Virus record (IMG/VR): IMGVR_UViG_3300030116_004360
Span: 1-64,000 of that record
Length of the DNA: 64,000 nt
Source of the DNA: a virus
Reading direction: 5' to 3' (one strand)
Shown: one piece after another, positions 9,659-18,398 of the stretch
How the letters are laid out: each line of letters opens with the position of its first letter
Numbering within the stretch: position 1 is the first letter of the stretch
The notes under the pieces: model-generated
Database searches by the model: none
Seen by the model: the letters and a program-made list of their open reading frames with translations, nothing else
Told to the model about the DNA's origin: nothing
Made by a program: the position numbers and the translations under genes

Positions 9659-10011
9659 TGAACTGGGAAAACGTCTTAAAAGTTCGCAGACCAAAAATAG
9701 GTATTGGTGATAAACTTTTTAGATTAGCGTTTGAAAGAGTAGTTAAAAAACATGGTGGATTAAGAGTTTCAAGAAGACAGTTTCATGATTTAATGAAGAG
9801 TGCGATAATTGAATTGGCAGAAGAATCTAAATCAAAAAAGGATGCAGAATATAGAGTTAGAATGAGAAATGCTAGTGCGTTAGGAAATAAAGATGCATTA
9901 TTTGTTTATTTAAAAAGAGTAATAGGTCTTCCTAGAGCAAACTTTATTAAAAATTATGACGATAATACAACAGAAATAAAACTTCCAAAAGAATGGAAAC
10001 ACGGTGATTAA
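9658..10011 (+). CDS. Hypothetical basic protein
   Basis: MNWENVLKV tag. Confidence 0.6.
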   Translation: MNWENVLKVRRPKIGIGDKLFRLAFERVVKKHGGLRVSRRQFHDLMKSAIIELAEESKSKKDAEYRVRMRNASALGNKDALFVYLKRVIGLPRANFIKNYDDNTTEIKLPKEWKHGD

Positions 10012-10252
10012 AATGCCAGAAAAAGTAACAAAAGAAGAAAAATTGATTGAACTAGCGATTGCTAAAGCAAAAGAAGTAAAAACCCTATTACAGGAAGAAG
10101 GGCCAGATACTTTACTTAGTAAAGAACCTCTTGTTGGAGAAACAATGAAAGTAAAAAGACCAAATAAGAATCCTAAAGAGGAAACTTTTGAAAATCCTGT
10201 TGATAAAGATACAGGTTATGGCCTAGCAGGTCAAATTAATGAATCTAAGTAA
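10004..10252 (+). CDS. Hypothetical protein
   Basis: GGTGA upstream of ATG 10013; coupled ORF. Confidence 0.55.
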   Translation: MIKMPEKVTKEEKLIELAIAKAKEVKTLLQEEGPDTLLSKEPLVGETMKVKRPNKNPKEETFENPVDKDTGYGLAGQINESK

Positions 10253-10264
10253 AGGTGATACATT

Positions 10265-12778
10265 GTGGCTACCTCTGGTGTTGTGTTTGAAAAAGAAACA
10301 AACCCTCTCTCTGGTAGAGTAATTGATTTATTTGAAAAGACACGCATGGCGTATCTTTCTGCTAGAGAGTCACCTAAAGATTATTCTGATTTATGGCGTA
10401 ATGTTGTTAAACAGATTCGTGGGGCATACGATGATTTAGATGACTTTGCGAAGCATCTAAAAAAGATTTTAAATAACGAATTGTTATTTAATAAGGAAGT
10501 ATTAGACCCATCTTCTGATTCTGCTCGTCAAGTGTATGAAGCACTAAAACGGGTTCGATATAATGCGGAAATTGTAAAAGACCCTTTCCTAAAGGCATTT
10601 AATGATAAAGTATTGGAAGAACTGCTTGAAAATGAGAGCGTATATGCGAAATTTATCCATTGGGCTTTACGTGACGACAATAAAACCCTTAATGCAGACA
10701 GTTATAAGAATTTAGGCTTAGAACCTGATGAAATTACAGGGGGTTATCCCGGTCTTGACCTAGTTGAGAAGGATTTGACTTCGTTTATTGTGGAGCATTA
10801 TGGTGATGGAAAAGATTCTAAACGGGTAAATAGTAAGTATGCGGGTGCTAAAGCCCTTTTAGAAAAAGTATTCAAAGAAGAAGGTTCAGATAAACAATGG
10901 TCTAAGTTAGTGGGTGTTGAACTAAAGAAAGCAGAAAAATCTAAATCTAATTTTATAGTTCCCAACAAACCTATGTATAGAATATTCGATATTGATGATA
11001 TGAATGAACTTCGTGGATTTACCGGAGAGTTTCTAGTTCAAGAGAAGTATGACGGTATGAGAATCCAAATTCATAAGATAGATAATAATATTAAGATATT
11101 TTCATACAATGAGAAGGATATTACAGACAAATGCCCTGAACAAGTAAAACTTATGAAAAAGAAGGATATGCCAGAATGTATTTTAGATGCAGAACTGATG
11201 TTATTTGATGATAAAGAGGCTTTACATAGAGCAGATACAATAGCACATATATTTAAAAATCAATATCCTGATGCAACACTTCGCATCCATGTGTTCGATA
11301 TTATGCGACATGAAGATAGAGATTTATTAGATACAGAATTACAAGATAGAATTAATATTTTATTCCATCATTACTCACCAAAATCACATGAATTGTTGGC
11401 TTTCCCATCTAAAAAAGATACTCGTATAGCAGATTCATTAAAAGAGGTTGAGAGTTACGGTAAAGAAATCATGAAAATTCCTACTGCTGAAGGAGTAGTT
11501 ATTAAAGACCTAACTTCTACATATTATGTTGGAACTCGTAAAAATCCAAAATGGGTTAAATGGAAAAAGTTTATTGATTTAGATATGATTGTTTTAAACA
11601 AAAAAGAAACTAAGTCGGGACTTAATTCATATACATTAGGAGCAGGGCCATTAACAACCGAAGAAATGAGAGAATTTGAATCAGTTGAATTTGATAATAA
11701 AAAATATCTTAATGTGGGCAAAGCATTAAATACAAAAATTGATGTAGAAGTCGGAAAAATTATTCGTGTTAAAGTTGATGAAGTAAAGAAAAATAAGAAA
11801 GGTTTTAGTTTATTTTCTGCAAAAGTTATTGAAGTTCCAGAAGTTGAAAGTCCTGAAAAAATAATAACTCTTGAAATGCTTTCTAAAGAAACTAAAAAAT
11901 CCTTAAAATATAAAATAGAAGCATTAGAAAAATCTTATACTGTTACTGATTTAATACATGGTGAAGCAACTCTTATTCTAAAAAGTGAATTTGATGGTTT
12001 TACAATTTATGGATTTGAAGAAAATAATCTAATGGCAAAAAATGCTTTAGCAAATCTTGATTTAATTAAAGACCAATTAGAAATAATTTCTAAAGAAAAG
12101 GTAAGTGTTCTTCGTGTTGGTATTAAAAATTTCTTGACGGAAAAAGGAGAATCTACCCTTGAAGAAATAGAAGATTGGATTAAGAAAAATCCTGAGATGT
12201 TAGAATTATATAATGATAAACTAAATGGTAAAACTAAAGAATTGTCTCAGTTTTTAAGAAATAAAGCAGAAGATATACTCTATGCAAACAAAAAGTTTAG
12301 AGCAAATACAAATGTTTTAGAAAAGGATATTGAAAAAGCAGAAACTCCTAAAGAGTTTAGAAAGGGTAAATTTAAGATATATCTTAGAGATGACGGAAAT
12401 CTTAATGTTATGTTTTTATTAAATAAAGAACAAACAGGTTGGTTAGTTGATATTAACAATGTTGATGATATATTTGCATACTTAGGTAAAGCAAATAAAT
12501 ATCCTGCGGAAGTTGCATCTAATGTTGATAAAACCAAATTGGTTGATGAAGGTGATGTTGAGTTAGGAATACAAAGGGACGGTTATCACGAATATAAATT
12601 AGATGGGAACAAATTTGATACTAGATTGCATTTTAGAGTCATTGAAGTAGATAATAAAGAAATGTGGCTAACATGGTCTGGATATAAACAAGAAATGAAT
12701 GAAATGGATAGTGATGAAGGAATATGGGACTTATCAAAGGATAGGTATAAGAAATTAACCATACCCAAAAAGGATTAA
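10265..12778 (+). CDS. Multidomain ATP-dependent DNA ligase in the head module
   Basis: Motif I QEKYDGMR, III ILDAEL, IIIa VFDIM, IV EGVVIK, V WVKWKK. Extra N-terminal domain and a C-terminal region resembling LigD phosphoesterase. Confidence 0.88.
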   Translation: MATSGVVFEKETNPLSGRVIDLFEKTRMAYLSARESPKDYSDLWRNVVKQIRGAYDDLDDFAKHLKKILNNELLFNKEVLDPSSDSARQVYEALKRVRYNAEIVKDPFLKAFNDKVLEELLENESVYAKFIHWALRDDNKTLNADSYKNLGLEPDEITGGYPGLDLVEKDLTSFIVEHYGDGKDSKRVNSKYAGAKALLEKVFKEEGSDKQWSKLVGVELKKAEKSKSNFIVPNKPMYRIFDIDDMNELRGFTGEFLVQEKYDGMRIQIHKIDNNIKIFSYNEKDITDKCPEQVKLMKKKDMPECILDAELMLFDDKEALHRADTIAHIFKNQYPDATLRIHVFDIMRHEDRDLLDTELQDRINILFHHYSPKSHELLAFPSKKDTRIADSLKEVESYGKEIMKIPTAEGVVIKDLTSTYYVGTRKNPKWVKWKKFIDLDMIVLNKKETKSGLNSYTLGAGPLTTEEMREFESVEFDNKKYLNVGKALNTKIDVEVGKIIRVKVDEVKKNKKGFSLFSAKVIEVPEVESPEKIITLEMLSKETKKSLKYKIEALEKSYTVTDLIHGEATLILKSEFDGFTIYGFEENNLMAKNALANLDLIKDQLEIISKEKVSVLRVGIKNFLTEKGESTLEEIEDWIKKNPEMLELYNDKLNGKTKELSQFLRNKAEDILYANKKFRANTNVLEKDIEKAETPKEFRKGKFKIYLRDDGNLNVMFLLNKEQTGWLVDINNVDDIFAYLGKANKYPAEVASNVDKTKLVDEGDVELGIQRDGYHEYKLDGNKFDTRLHFRVIEVDNKEMWLTWSGYKQEMNEMDSDEGIWDLSKDRYKKLTIPKKD

Positions 12779-12786
12779 CTTAGTGC

Positions 12787-12795
12787 TTATATACT
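12787..12795 (+). promoter_or_regulatory. Candidate archaeal TATA box for the protease-capsid transcript
   Basis: TTATATACT in the short intergenic gap, about 25 nt before the in-frame GTG at 12814. Confidence 0.4.
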
Positions 12796-12804
12796 GAACG
12801 GGGG

Positions 12805-14046
12805 ATGGAGATAGTGTCGAACCAAGACCTATTACTCAAGGGAAATTTAGACGATGAGTTTACTATATTAAAAGCCGAAGAGTTAGTTATTGGGGGTTAT
12901 GCGAGCATAGAAATAGTAGATAAACAAAATGACTTAATTACATTAGACGCATTAAACGAAGCAGTAAAGAAATTTATGCAAGAAAAGAAATTCAGAAACG
13001 TAATGACCAATCATTCAAATGTTCAAGTAGGAGAAGTATTAGATAATTACCGAGATAAAACTGGTAAACTATGGAAAACAGATGTAGATGATGTTGGATT
13101 CTTTGTAGTAATTAAATTAAGAGAAGATATTGAAAAAGCAAAAGAAGTATCTCGCGGAATTAGAAAAGGAACATTAAGAAGTTTTAGTATTGGTGGACAA
13201 GCACTACATAAGAAACAAAAATATCACAAAGAACTAGGCGAATATAACGCAATAGAGAAATTAGAACTCCATGAAGTAACAATATGCGAAAAGGGGATAA
13301 ATCCAGAAGCAAAATTTGATATACTAAAAATGGAAAAAGAAGGTGAAATTATGAGCGAGAAATTAGAAAAAGCAATTGATGAACTAGATAACTTATTGAA
13401 GGAAGTGAAAGAAATGACGGAAGACAAAGAAACGACAGAATACATGGATACTGATGAAAAAGGTATGTATGGTGAGAAAATGGACGAAAAAGCAGACAAA
13501 GACATGGAAATGGCTGATAAAGACATGGAAATGGCCGATGATGATGTTGAAGATGCAGAAACAGAATTAAAGGGTCGTAAAGATATAGCAACCGGAGAGG
13601 TTGAAGACCATGTTCCCGAAGATAGGATTGTTATTGAAGGTGGACGACCTAAAGCATCAACAATGCCTGTAACTAAAGGTTTTGTTGTTCCAACACTTGA
13701 TTTAAGTGCTGAAAACATTGAGAAGGCTTATGCTGAATATAGAGCAGAACAATTAGAAAAATTGGCTTATTCCGATGTTAAGAAGCAGTTTGAAGACCGC
13801 TTTGAGGCAGAAATGGAAGCAAAGAAACTTGAAATTGCTAAAGCCGAGTATGATGCTCAAGAAGAAGTATTAGCATTAAAGAACGAATTTGCAGAATTGC
13901 GAAAGAGTTTAACTGCTGAGAAAGAAATGATTGTTAAGGCTCAAACTGAAGCAACAGCATTACCCGAAAATTTCCCAACAACAATGGAGGATTACGCTAC
14001 AATGGATTGGGCGGATATTCATAACTTAGTGAGGGATATGGAATAA
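12805..14046 (+). CDS. Prohead protease fused to scaffold
   Basis: HK97-type protease: IGGYAS..VDKQND, catalytic-like NHS and SFSIGG, EVTICEKGINPEA. Acidic coiled-coil C-terminal half; directly before the capsid gene. Confidence 0.9.
   Translation: MEIVSNQDLLLKGNLDDEFTILKAEELVIGGYASIEIVDKQNDLITLDALNEAVKKFMQEKKFRNVMTNHSNVQVGEVLDNYRDKTGKLWKTDVDDVGFFVVIKLREDIEKAKEVSRGIRKGTLRSFSIGGQALHKKQKYHKELGEYNAIEKLELHEVTICEKGINPEAKFDILKMEKEGEIMSEKLEKAIDELDNLLKEVKEMTEDKETTEYMDTDEKGMYGEKMDEKADKDMEMADKDMEMADDDVEDAETELKGRKDIATGEVEDHVPEDRIVIEGGRPKASTMPVTKGFVVPTLDLSAENIEKAYAEYRAEQLEKLAYSDVKKQFEDRFEAEMEAKKLEIAKAEYDAQEEVLALKNEFAELRKSLTAEKEMIVKAQTEATALPENFPTTMEDYATMDWADIHNLVRDME
13492..13539 (+). repeat. 21-nt tandem repeat encoding ADKDMEM twice
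   Basis: gcagacaaagacatggaaatg gctgataaagacatggaaatg gccgat in the scaffold linker. Confidence 0.7.
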
Positions 14047-14071
14047 ATTTCCTATAAAGGATAAAAAGAAG

Positions 14072-15403
14072 GTGAAAAAGATGAGTAACTATATACGAAC
14101 AATTAAAGATTTAGAAGCAGCAACCTATGGTGTTGGAAACTTCCCAAATAACGATTTATTGAAAGCAGCAGGTATTGTTGGAGGATTACATACTCCTCAT
14201 GATGGAGCAACAGGTTTTTCTGGTGTTTCAGGCATTACTAACTTATATGGCGTAATTTACGGTCAAAAAGTTTGGTCTATGTTGAATCAAGAAGTTAATG
14301 CACTATCAATGCTGGCTAAACGCCCATATACTTCAAGTGGTTGGAGAATCCTAAAGAGCCGTCCTTCTGGCGGTAGTGGTTCTTCTTTTACTACTACACA
14401 AACTAATAACGCTTTAGGAACAGATAACCCCGGTTCTGATTTAATTGGTGGTGTTCCTGAAAATGAGTCACTATCTAACTTAACTGCGGTTGCTCCTGTT
14501 TATGATAAATTATTCATGAGTCCTAAGACAGTAGCCCATTTGTTTGAGTTCAGTGAACTTGCTATGGAAATGGCGAAAATTGACGATGGTATCGGAGATA
14601 TTCGTGCAATTGTCCGTGAAGACATGGGTAAATTCCATGCAGAAGTTCAGAATAAAATGCTATTAATGCCTCTAGTAGATTATGACCATAGTAATCTAGG
14701 AGATATTGATAGAAACTATACTTCTCTATCTAAGGTAGTAACTTCTAATGCTGAATTAACTGCATTAAAAGCAGCAGGTCAAACTGCTACTGCTTTAGGT
14801 GCTGGTAATGCAAAAGATATTACTCAATTATACGGTAATAACGATAGAGATACTGGTGCATCTTTTATGGATTCACAGGTTAATTTCGGTGGAGGTTATG
14901 CTACTTCTGATAATCGAAGTTTAACTCTAAGTTTGTTAAATAGTTTGATTCAGGATATTCGTCTTGCTGGTGGTGGAACAAAGGTTATTCTAACTGGATA
15001 TGATACCATTCAAGCATTAGCAGACCTATTACAGGCTCAAGAGCGATTTATGGACAGAAAGGAAATTATGCCTTCTCATAACGGTGTTCGTGGAGTAAAG
15101 GGTCGTGAAGTCGGATTCCGTGTAGCGACATACTTTGACCTACCGCTAATTCCATGTAAAGACATGACTAAAACAGTAAATAGTTCATTAACTGCTGCTG
15201 ATTGTCTTTCTGACCTATTGTTCCTTGATACTGACCATTTGTGGCTTGCAGTAATGAAACCAACCCAATACTTTGAGGATGGTATTACTTCTGGCAACCC
15301 ATTCGGTGTTGGAAAACTCGGAAATCAGGGTATGTATCGAACTATTGCTGAAACAGGTTGTTCATTCTTTAAATCTCAAGGTAAGATTACAAACCTCAAG
15401 TGA
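14072..15403 (+). CDS. Major capsid protein, HK97 fold (likely start 14081)
   Basis: About 440 aa directly after the protease. YGQKVWSMLNQE, GGVPEN and GFRVATYFDLPLI resemble halovirus/magrovirus capsid proteins. Confidence 0.88.
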   Translation: MKKMSNYIRTIKDLEAATYGVGNFPNNDLLKAAGIVGGLHTPHDGATGFSGVSGITNLYGVIYGQKVWSMLNQEVNALSMLAKRPYTSSGWRILKSRPSGGSGSSFTTTQTNNALGTDNPGSDLIGGVPENESLSNLTAVAPVYDKLFMSPKTVAHLFEFSELAMEMAKIDDGIGDIRAIVREDMGKFHAEVQNKMLLMPLVDYDHSNLGDIDRNYTSLSKVVTSNAELTALKAAGQTATALGAGNAKDITQLYGNNDRDTGASFMDSQVNFGGGYATSDNRSLTLSLLNSLIQDIRLAGGGTKVILTGYDTIQALADLLQAQERFMDRKEIMPSHNGVRGVKGREVGFRVATYFDLPLIPCKDMTKTVNSSLTAADCLSDLLFLDTDHLWLAVMKPTQYFEDGITSGNPFGVGKLGNQGMYRTIAETGCSFFKSQGKITNLK

Positions 15404-15439
15404 GGTTTATCTTAACAATAGGTAAAAGGAGGATTAAGT

Positions 15440-15799
15440 ATGGCAAATACAGTAACAATCTTAGCAGATTCAAAAGGATTTGCGCGACCTAGAGCAGTTG
15501 GCGATGAATATGTTGTTGATGCAGTAATTGATATTACTTCTTATACTTCTAATGGTGAAGAAGTTCTTGCTACCGCTTTTGGATTAAGCACAATTAATTG
15601 CGTTGTTGTAACAGGTATTTCTGTTGATACGCTTACAGGTGGTTATGAAGCAAGAATGATTGCTCCTGAAGTATTATCCGGTGCAGCCAATGGTGGTAAA
15701 TATCATGCTCAAACTGATAGATTTCAAATTCATGCTAAAGAAGCAAGTAATACAGACAATATCGGTGAAATCCGAGTAAGAGTTTGGGGCCTCATTTGA
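15440..15799 (+). CDS. Putative capsid decoration or minor head protein
   Basis: Strong AGGAGG SD; beta-rich; follows the capsid gene. Confidence 0.55.
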   Translation: MANTVTILADSKGFARPRAVGDEYVVDAVIDITSYTSNGEEVLATAFGLSTINCVVVTGISVDTLTGGYEARMIAPEVLSGAANGGKYHAQTDRFQIHAKEASNTDNIGEIRVRVWGLI

Positions 15800-15800
15800 G

Positions 15801-16121
15801 GTGATTAACTTGGTTAAGTTAAGAATCACTGAATATGATGGTCGGCATCAAGTTACTCTAATAAACGGTTATACGTTTACTCAAGAGTGGCTTGACCTTC
15901 CAGCAGAAGAAGCGGTTCTTTCTTTAGAATCGCCTTCCCTTGAATATAAGTTTAGTTCATCTGATGAAGATGATTTACTTAATTTAAGTGAATTTGGTTG
16001 GTATAGGCTAACTAATTTCTTAAATTTAGATAATGATGGCGATAGAAGCAAAATAGTAAAATCCCTTTTACCAACTAAAAAGAAAGTTAGTAAACCAACC
16101 ACTACTAAGAGTAGTAAGTAA
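15801..16121 (+). CDS. Hypothetical protein
   Basis: GAGGTGA SD overlapping the previous stop. Confidence 0.55.
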   Translation: MINLVKLRITEYDGRHQVTLINGYTFTQEWLDLPAEEAVLSLESPSLEYKFSSSDEDDLLNLSEFGWYRLTNFLNLDNDGDRSKIVKSLLPTKKKVSKPTTTKSSK

Positions 16122-16168
16122 TATTTACTTCATTTTGGCTTACACTACCTTTATAGGGTAGGGGGGAT

Positions 16169-16471
16169 ATGACCCCAATAGGAGCGAGTATTATGGTGCA
16201 AGCAAGTAGAACGTCAGGTGTATTAACTGCATCTGCAATTGTAAATAGAGGTCAATGTAAATTAATGAGTATTCATGCTTGTGAAACTGCTGGTTCAATG
16301 GCTCAAATTAAGATATTTGACGGAACTGATGCAACAGGTCTTGAAATTGCTAGAATAATTCTAGCAGCAGGACAAACAATTGAATTTGATATGCATGGCG
16401 TAATTGCTAAAAATGGTTTATACTTTGAAGAAAGTTCTGGTGCAGTTGCTTGCTCTGTTGAGTTTCAGTAG
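16169..16471 (+). CDS. Small beta-sandwich structural protein (likely start 16193)
   Basis: All-beta pattern IKIFDG...GVIAKNGLY, like phage minor virion proteins. Confidence 0.5.
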   Translation: MTPIGASIMVQASRTSGVLTASAIVNRGQCKLMSIHACETAGSMAQIKIFDGTDATGLEIARIILAAGQTIEFDMHGVIAKNGLYFEESSGAVACSVEFQ

Positions 16472-16867
16472 GTGATTATTATGGCAGCATTAAATAAAGA
16501 TACAAGATTAATTATGACGATTTTATTCGTTGGTGCTATGAGTGGAACTAACGTATATTTTTATGCAAATTATGGAATTTCATTTCCATATACTGCATTC
16601 GCCCATGCAATTCTTTTTGGGTTATTAACAGTTGGAAGTGTTATGGGTATGAAAGCAATTTTTGATTTAGCAATTAATGATAGAATTGAATTATATTTGT
16701 TAGACCGAAGAATAAAAGCATACTGGGATAGACGAACTAGAGAAGAACAACAAAGGCAGAAGATTAGAGAAACTATGAATATGAATCAAATGAGTTTAAA
16801 TTATATGGCTCCAAGTTATGAATCTTCTGAAATTAGTAATGAGTTTTTAGCGACGGTTGAACAGTGA
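16472..16867 (+). CDS. Two-TM membrane protein with cytoplasmic helix (likely start 16481)
   Basis: Hydrophobic LIMTILFVGAMSGTNVYFYA and FAHAILFGLLTVGSVMGM, followed by a charged helix. Confidence 0.7.
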   Translation: MIIMAALNKDTRLIMTILFVGAMSGTNVYFYANYGISFPYTAFAHAILFGLLTVGSVMGMKAIFDLAINDRIELYLLDRRIKAYWDRRTREEQQRQKIRETMNMNQMSLNYMAPSYESSEISNEFLATVEQ

Positions 16868-17081
16868 TATTATGGTAGGTTTTCTATTCAATGATGAAAC
16901 AGTAGTTTCATATGATTTACAAAGAGCGCATTCAGCAGATGTTTGGTTTATTAAAGCAAGAGCATGGATATGGGGAATAACTTGTGCAGTAGCAGCATTT
17001 TTAATTGGAAACATTTTAGGTGTATTTAGTATAAATGTATTTGGAATTGCATTTGATTTAATTGGAAGTATGTTACATTAG
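16857..17081 (+). CDS. Small membrane protein (likely start 16872)
   Basis: WIWGITCAVAAFLIGNILGVFSINVFGIAFDLIG hydrophobic C-terminal half. Confidence 0.7.
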   Translation: MNSDIMVGFLFNDETVVSYDLQRAHSADVWFIKARAWIWGITCAVAAFLIGNILGVFSINVFGIAFDLIGSMLH

Positions 17082-17093
17082 GTGTGAGTTTAT

Positions 17094-17747
17094 GTGTCCG
17101 TTGTTGCAGGTTTCGCTATTGTAGTAACAGAGGCAGTATTTTCATTATGGAAAAAGGTTCATGCAATTAATTTTGGAATATATGGAGTTAGTAAAGCAGG
17201 TAAAACTACATTACATCATCAATTAAGAACAAGAGGAGAAGTTCCAAATATTTCTAAAAGAACTGTTGGATTACATAGAGCAACAAGAAAATTAGTTAAA
17301 ATTGATGGAGATGCACATACATTAAAAACTGCTGATGTTGGTGGAGAATCTAAATATTGGAATGAATGGATGAAGGACTTAAGAAAAAGAAAAGTCAAAT
17401 ATGTAATATTTTTATTAGACAATAGACATTTAAATGGAAATAATATGGAACAACAAATAGCATGGAAATTTTTAGTTGATTTAATTTGTAAAGATAAATG
17501 GCCGGGAGGAAAGAAAAAGAAATCTAATGACTATCCTTTAGCAGTTGGATTATGGGCTAATAAAGCAGATTTATGGGCAAAAGGTTTTTCAAAAGACCCA
17601 AGAAAACATGAGATTTTTGACCCATTTAGATACGGAATGAGCCTATTAAATGATAAAGGAATACCAACACATCAATATATAATTAGTGCAAAAACAGATT
17701 CAGAAATGGTTTATCGAGGAATAATGACTATGATTAATGATTATTAG
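17094..17747 (+). CDS. Small Ras-superfamily GTPase, Arf/Sar1-like
   Basis: G1 GVSKAGKT, G2 RTVG, G3 DVGG, VIFLLD strand, G4 NKAD, G5 SAK; hydrophobic N-terminal helix. Confidence 0.9.
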   Translation: MSVVAGFAIVVTEAVFSLWKKVHAINFGIYGVSKAGKTTLHHQLRTRGEVPNISKRTVGLHRATRKLVKIDGDAHTLKTADVGGESKYWNEWMKDLRKRKVKYVIFLLDNRHLNGNNMEQQIAWKFLVDLICKDKWPGGKKKKSNDYPLAVGLWANKADLWAKGFSKDPRKHEIFDPFRYGMSLLNDKGIPTHQYIISAKTDSEMVYRGIMTMINDY

Positions 17748-18398
17748 GTGAATAATATGCAAGGTTATGCTCCATCAGGATTATTAATAGGTAGTCAAAC
17801 ACCTAATCAAGTTCCATCTTCTTTTTTAAATAAAAGAGTTGCTGCTCGTTCAGCAGGGCCAATGGAAGAATATCAGTTTTCTGAAATTAGACCAAGAAAA
17901 CAATTAAAAGAAATACGTAAAGTATTATTACCTGAGAAAAAACGCTTTTTATTTGTTAAGTTTGGATATAAATTTAATCTTACAAACAGATGTGTTATTT
18001 GTGGAACACATCATGAATGGGATATTTCCGACCCATATAGGCCGGGAATACCATTACATGAAGTAACTAAAGGTAGGCCATTAAGAGGAACTTATTGCCA
18101 AAAACACTCTGCTATGTATAAACAAATGGAAATGTTAGAACAACAAATTTTAGCAGATGAACACGGTTTAGAATTTAAAAGGTGGATACCTAAACCAAGA
18201 GTTCCACAGGTAATAAATAAAGGCCCATTAACTTCATTAGGGCCAAATGATATAACAAGCCTAATTGCTGCTGGTTGGGTAATTAAACCACCAACAGTAG
18301 ATGAGGAACCACCTAATGAAGAATATAAAAGATTGATGATTGAAATAAAAGGTTCATTAGAAAGAGTAAATAAATTAGTAACAGGAGATGAAGAATAA
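17748..18398 (+). CDS. Zn-finger protein (likely start 17757)
   Basis: CVICG...YCQKH; Pro-rich segments; C-terminal coiled coil. Confidence 0.6.
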   Translation: MNNMQGYAPSGLLIGSQTPNQVPSSFLNKRVAARSAGPMEEYQFSEIRPRKQLKEIRKVLLPEKKRFLFVKFGYKFNLTNRCVICGTHHEWDISDPYRPGIPLHEVTKGRPLRGTYCQKHSAMYKQMEMLEQQILADEHGLEFKRWIPKPRVPQVINKGPLTSLGPNDITSLIAAGWVIKPPTVDEEPPNEEYKRLMIEIKGSLERVNKLVTGDEE

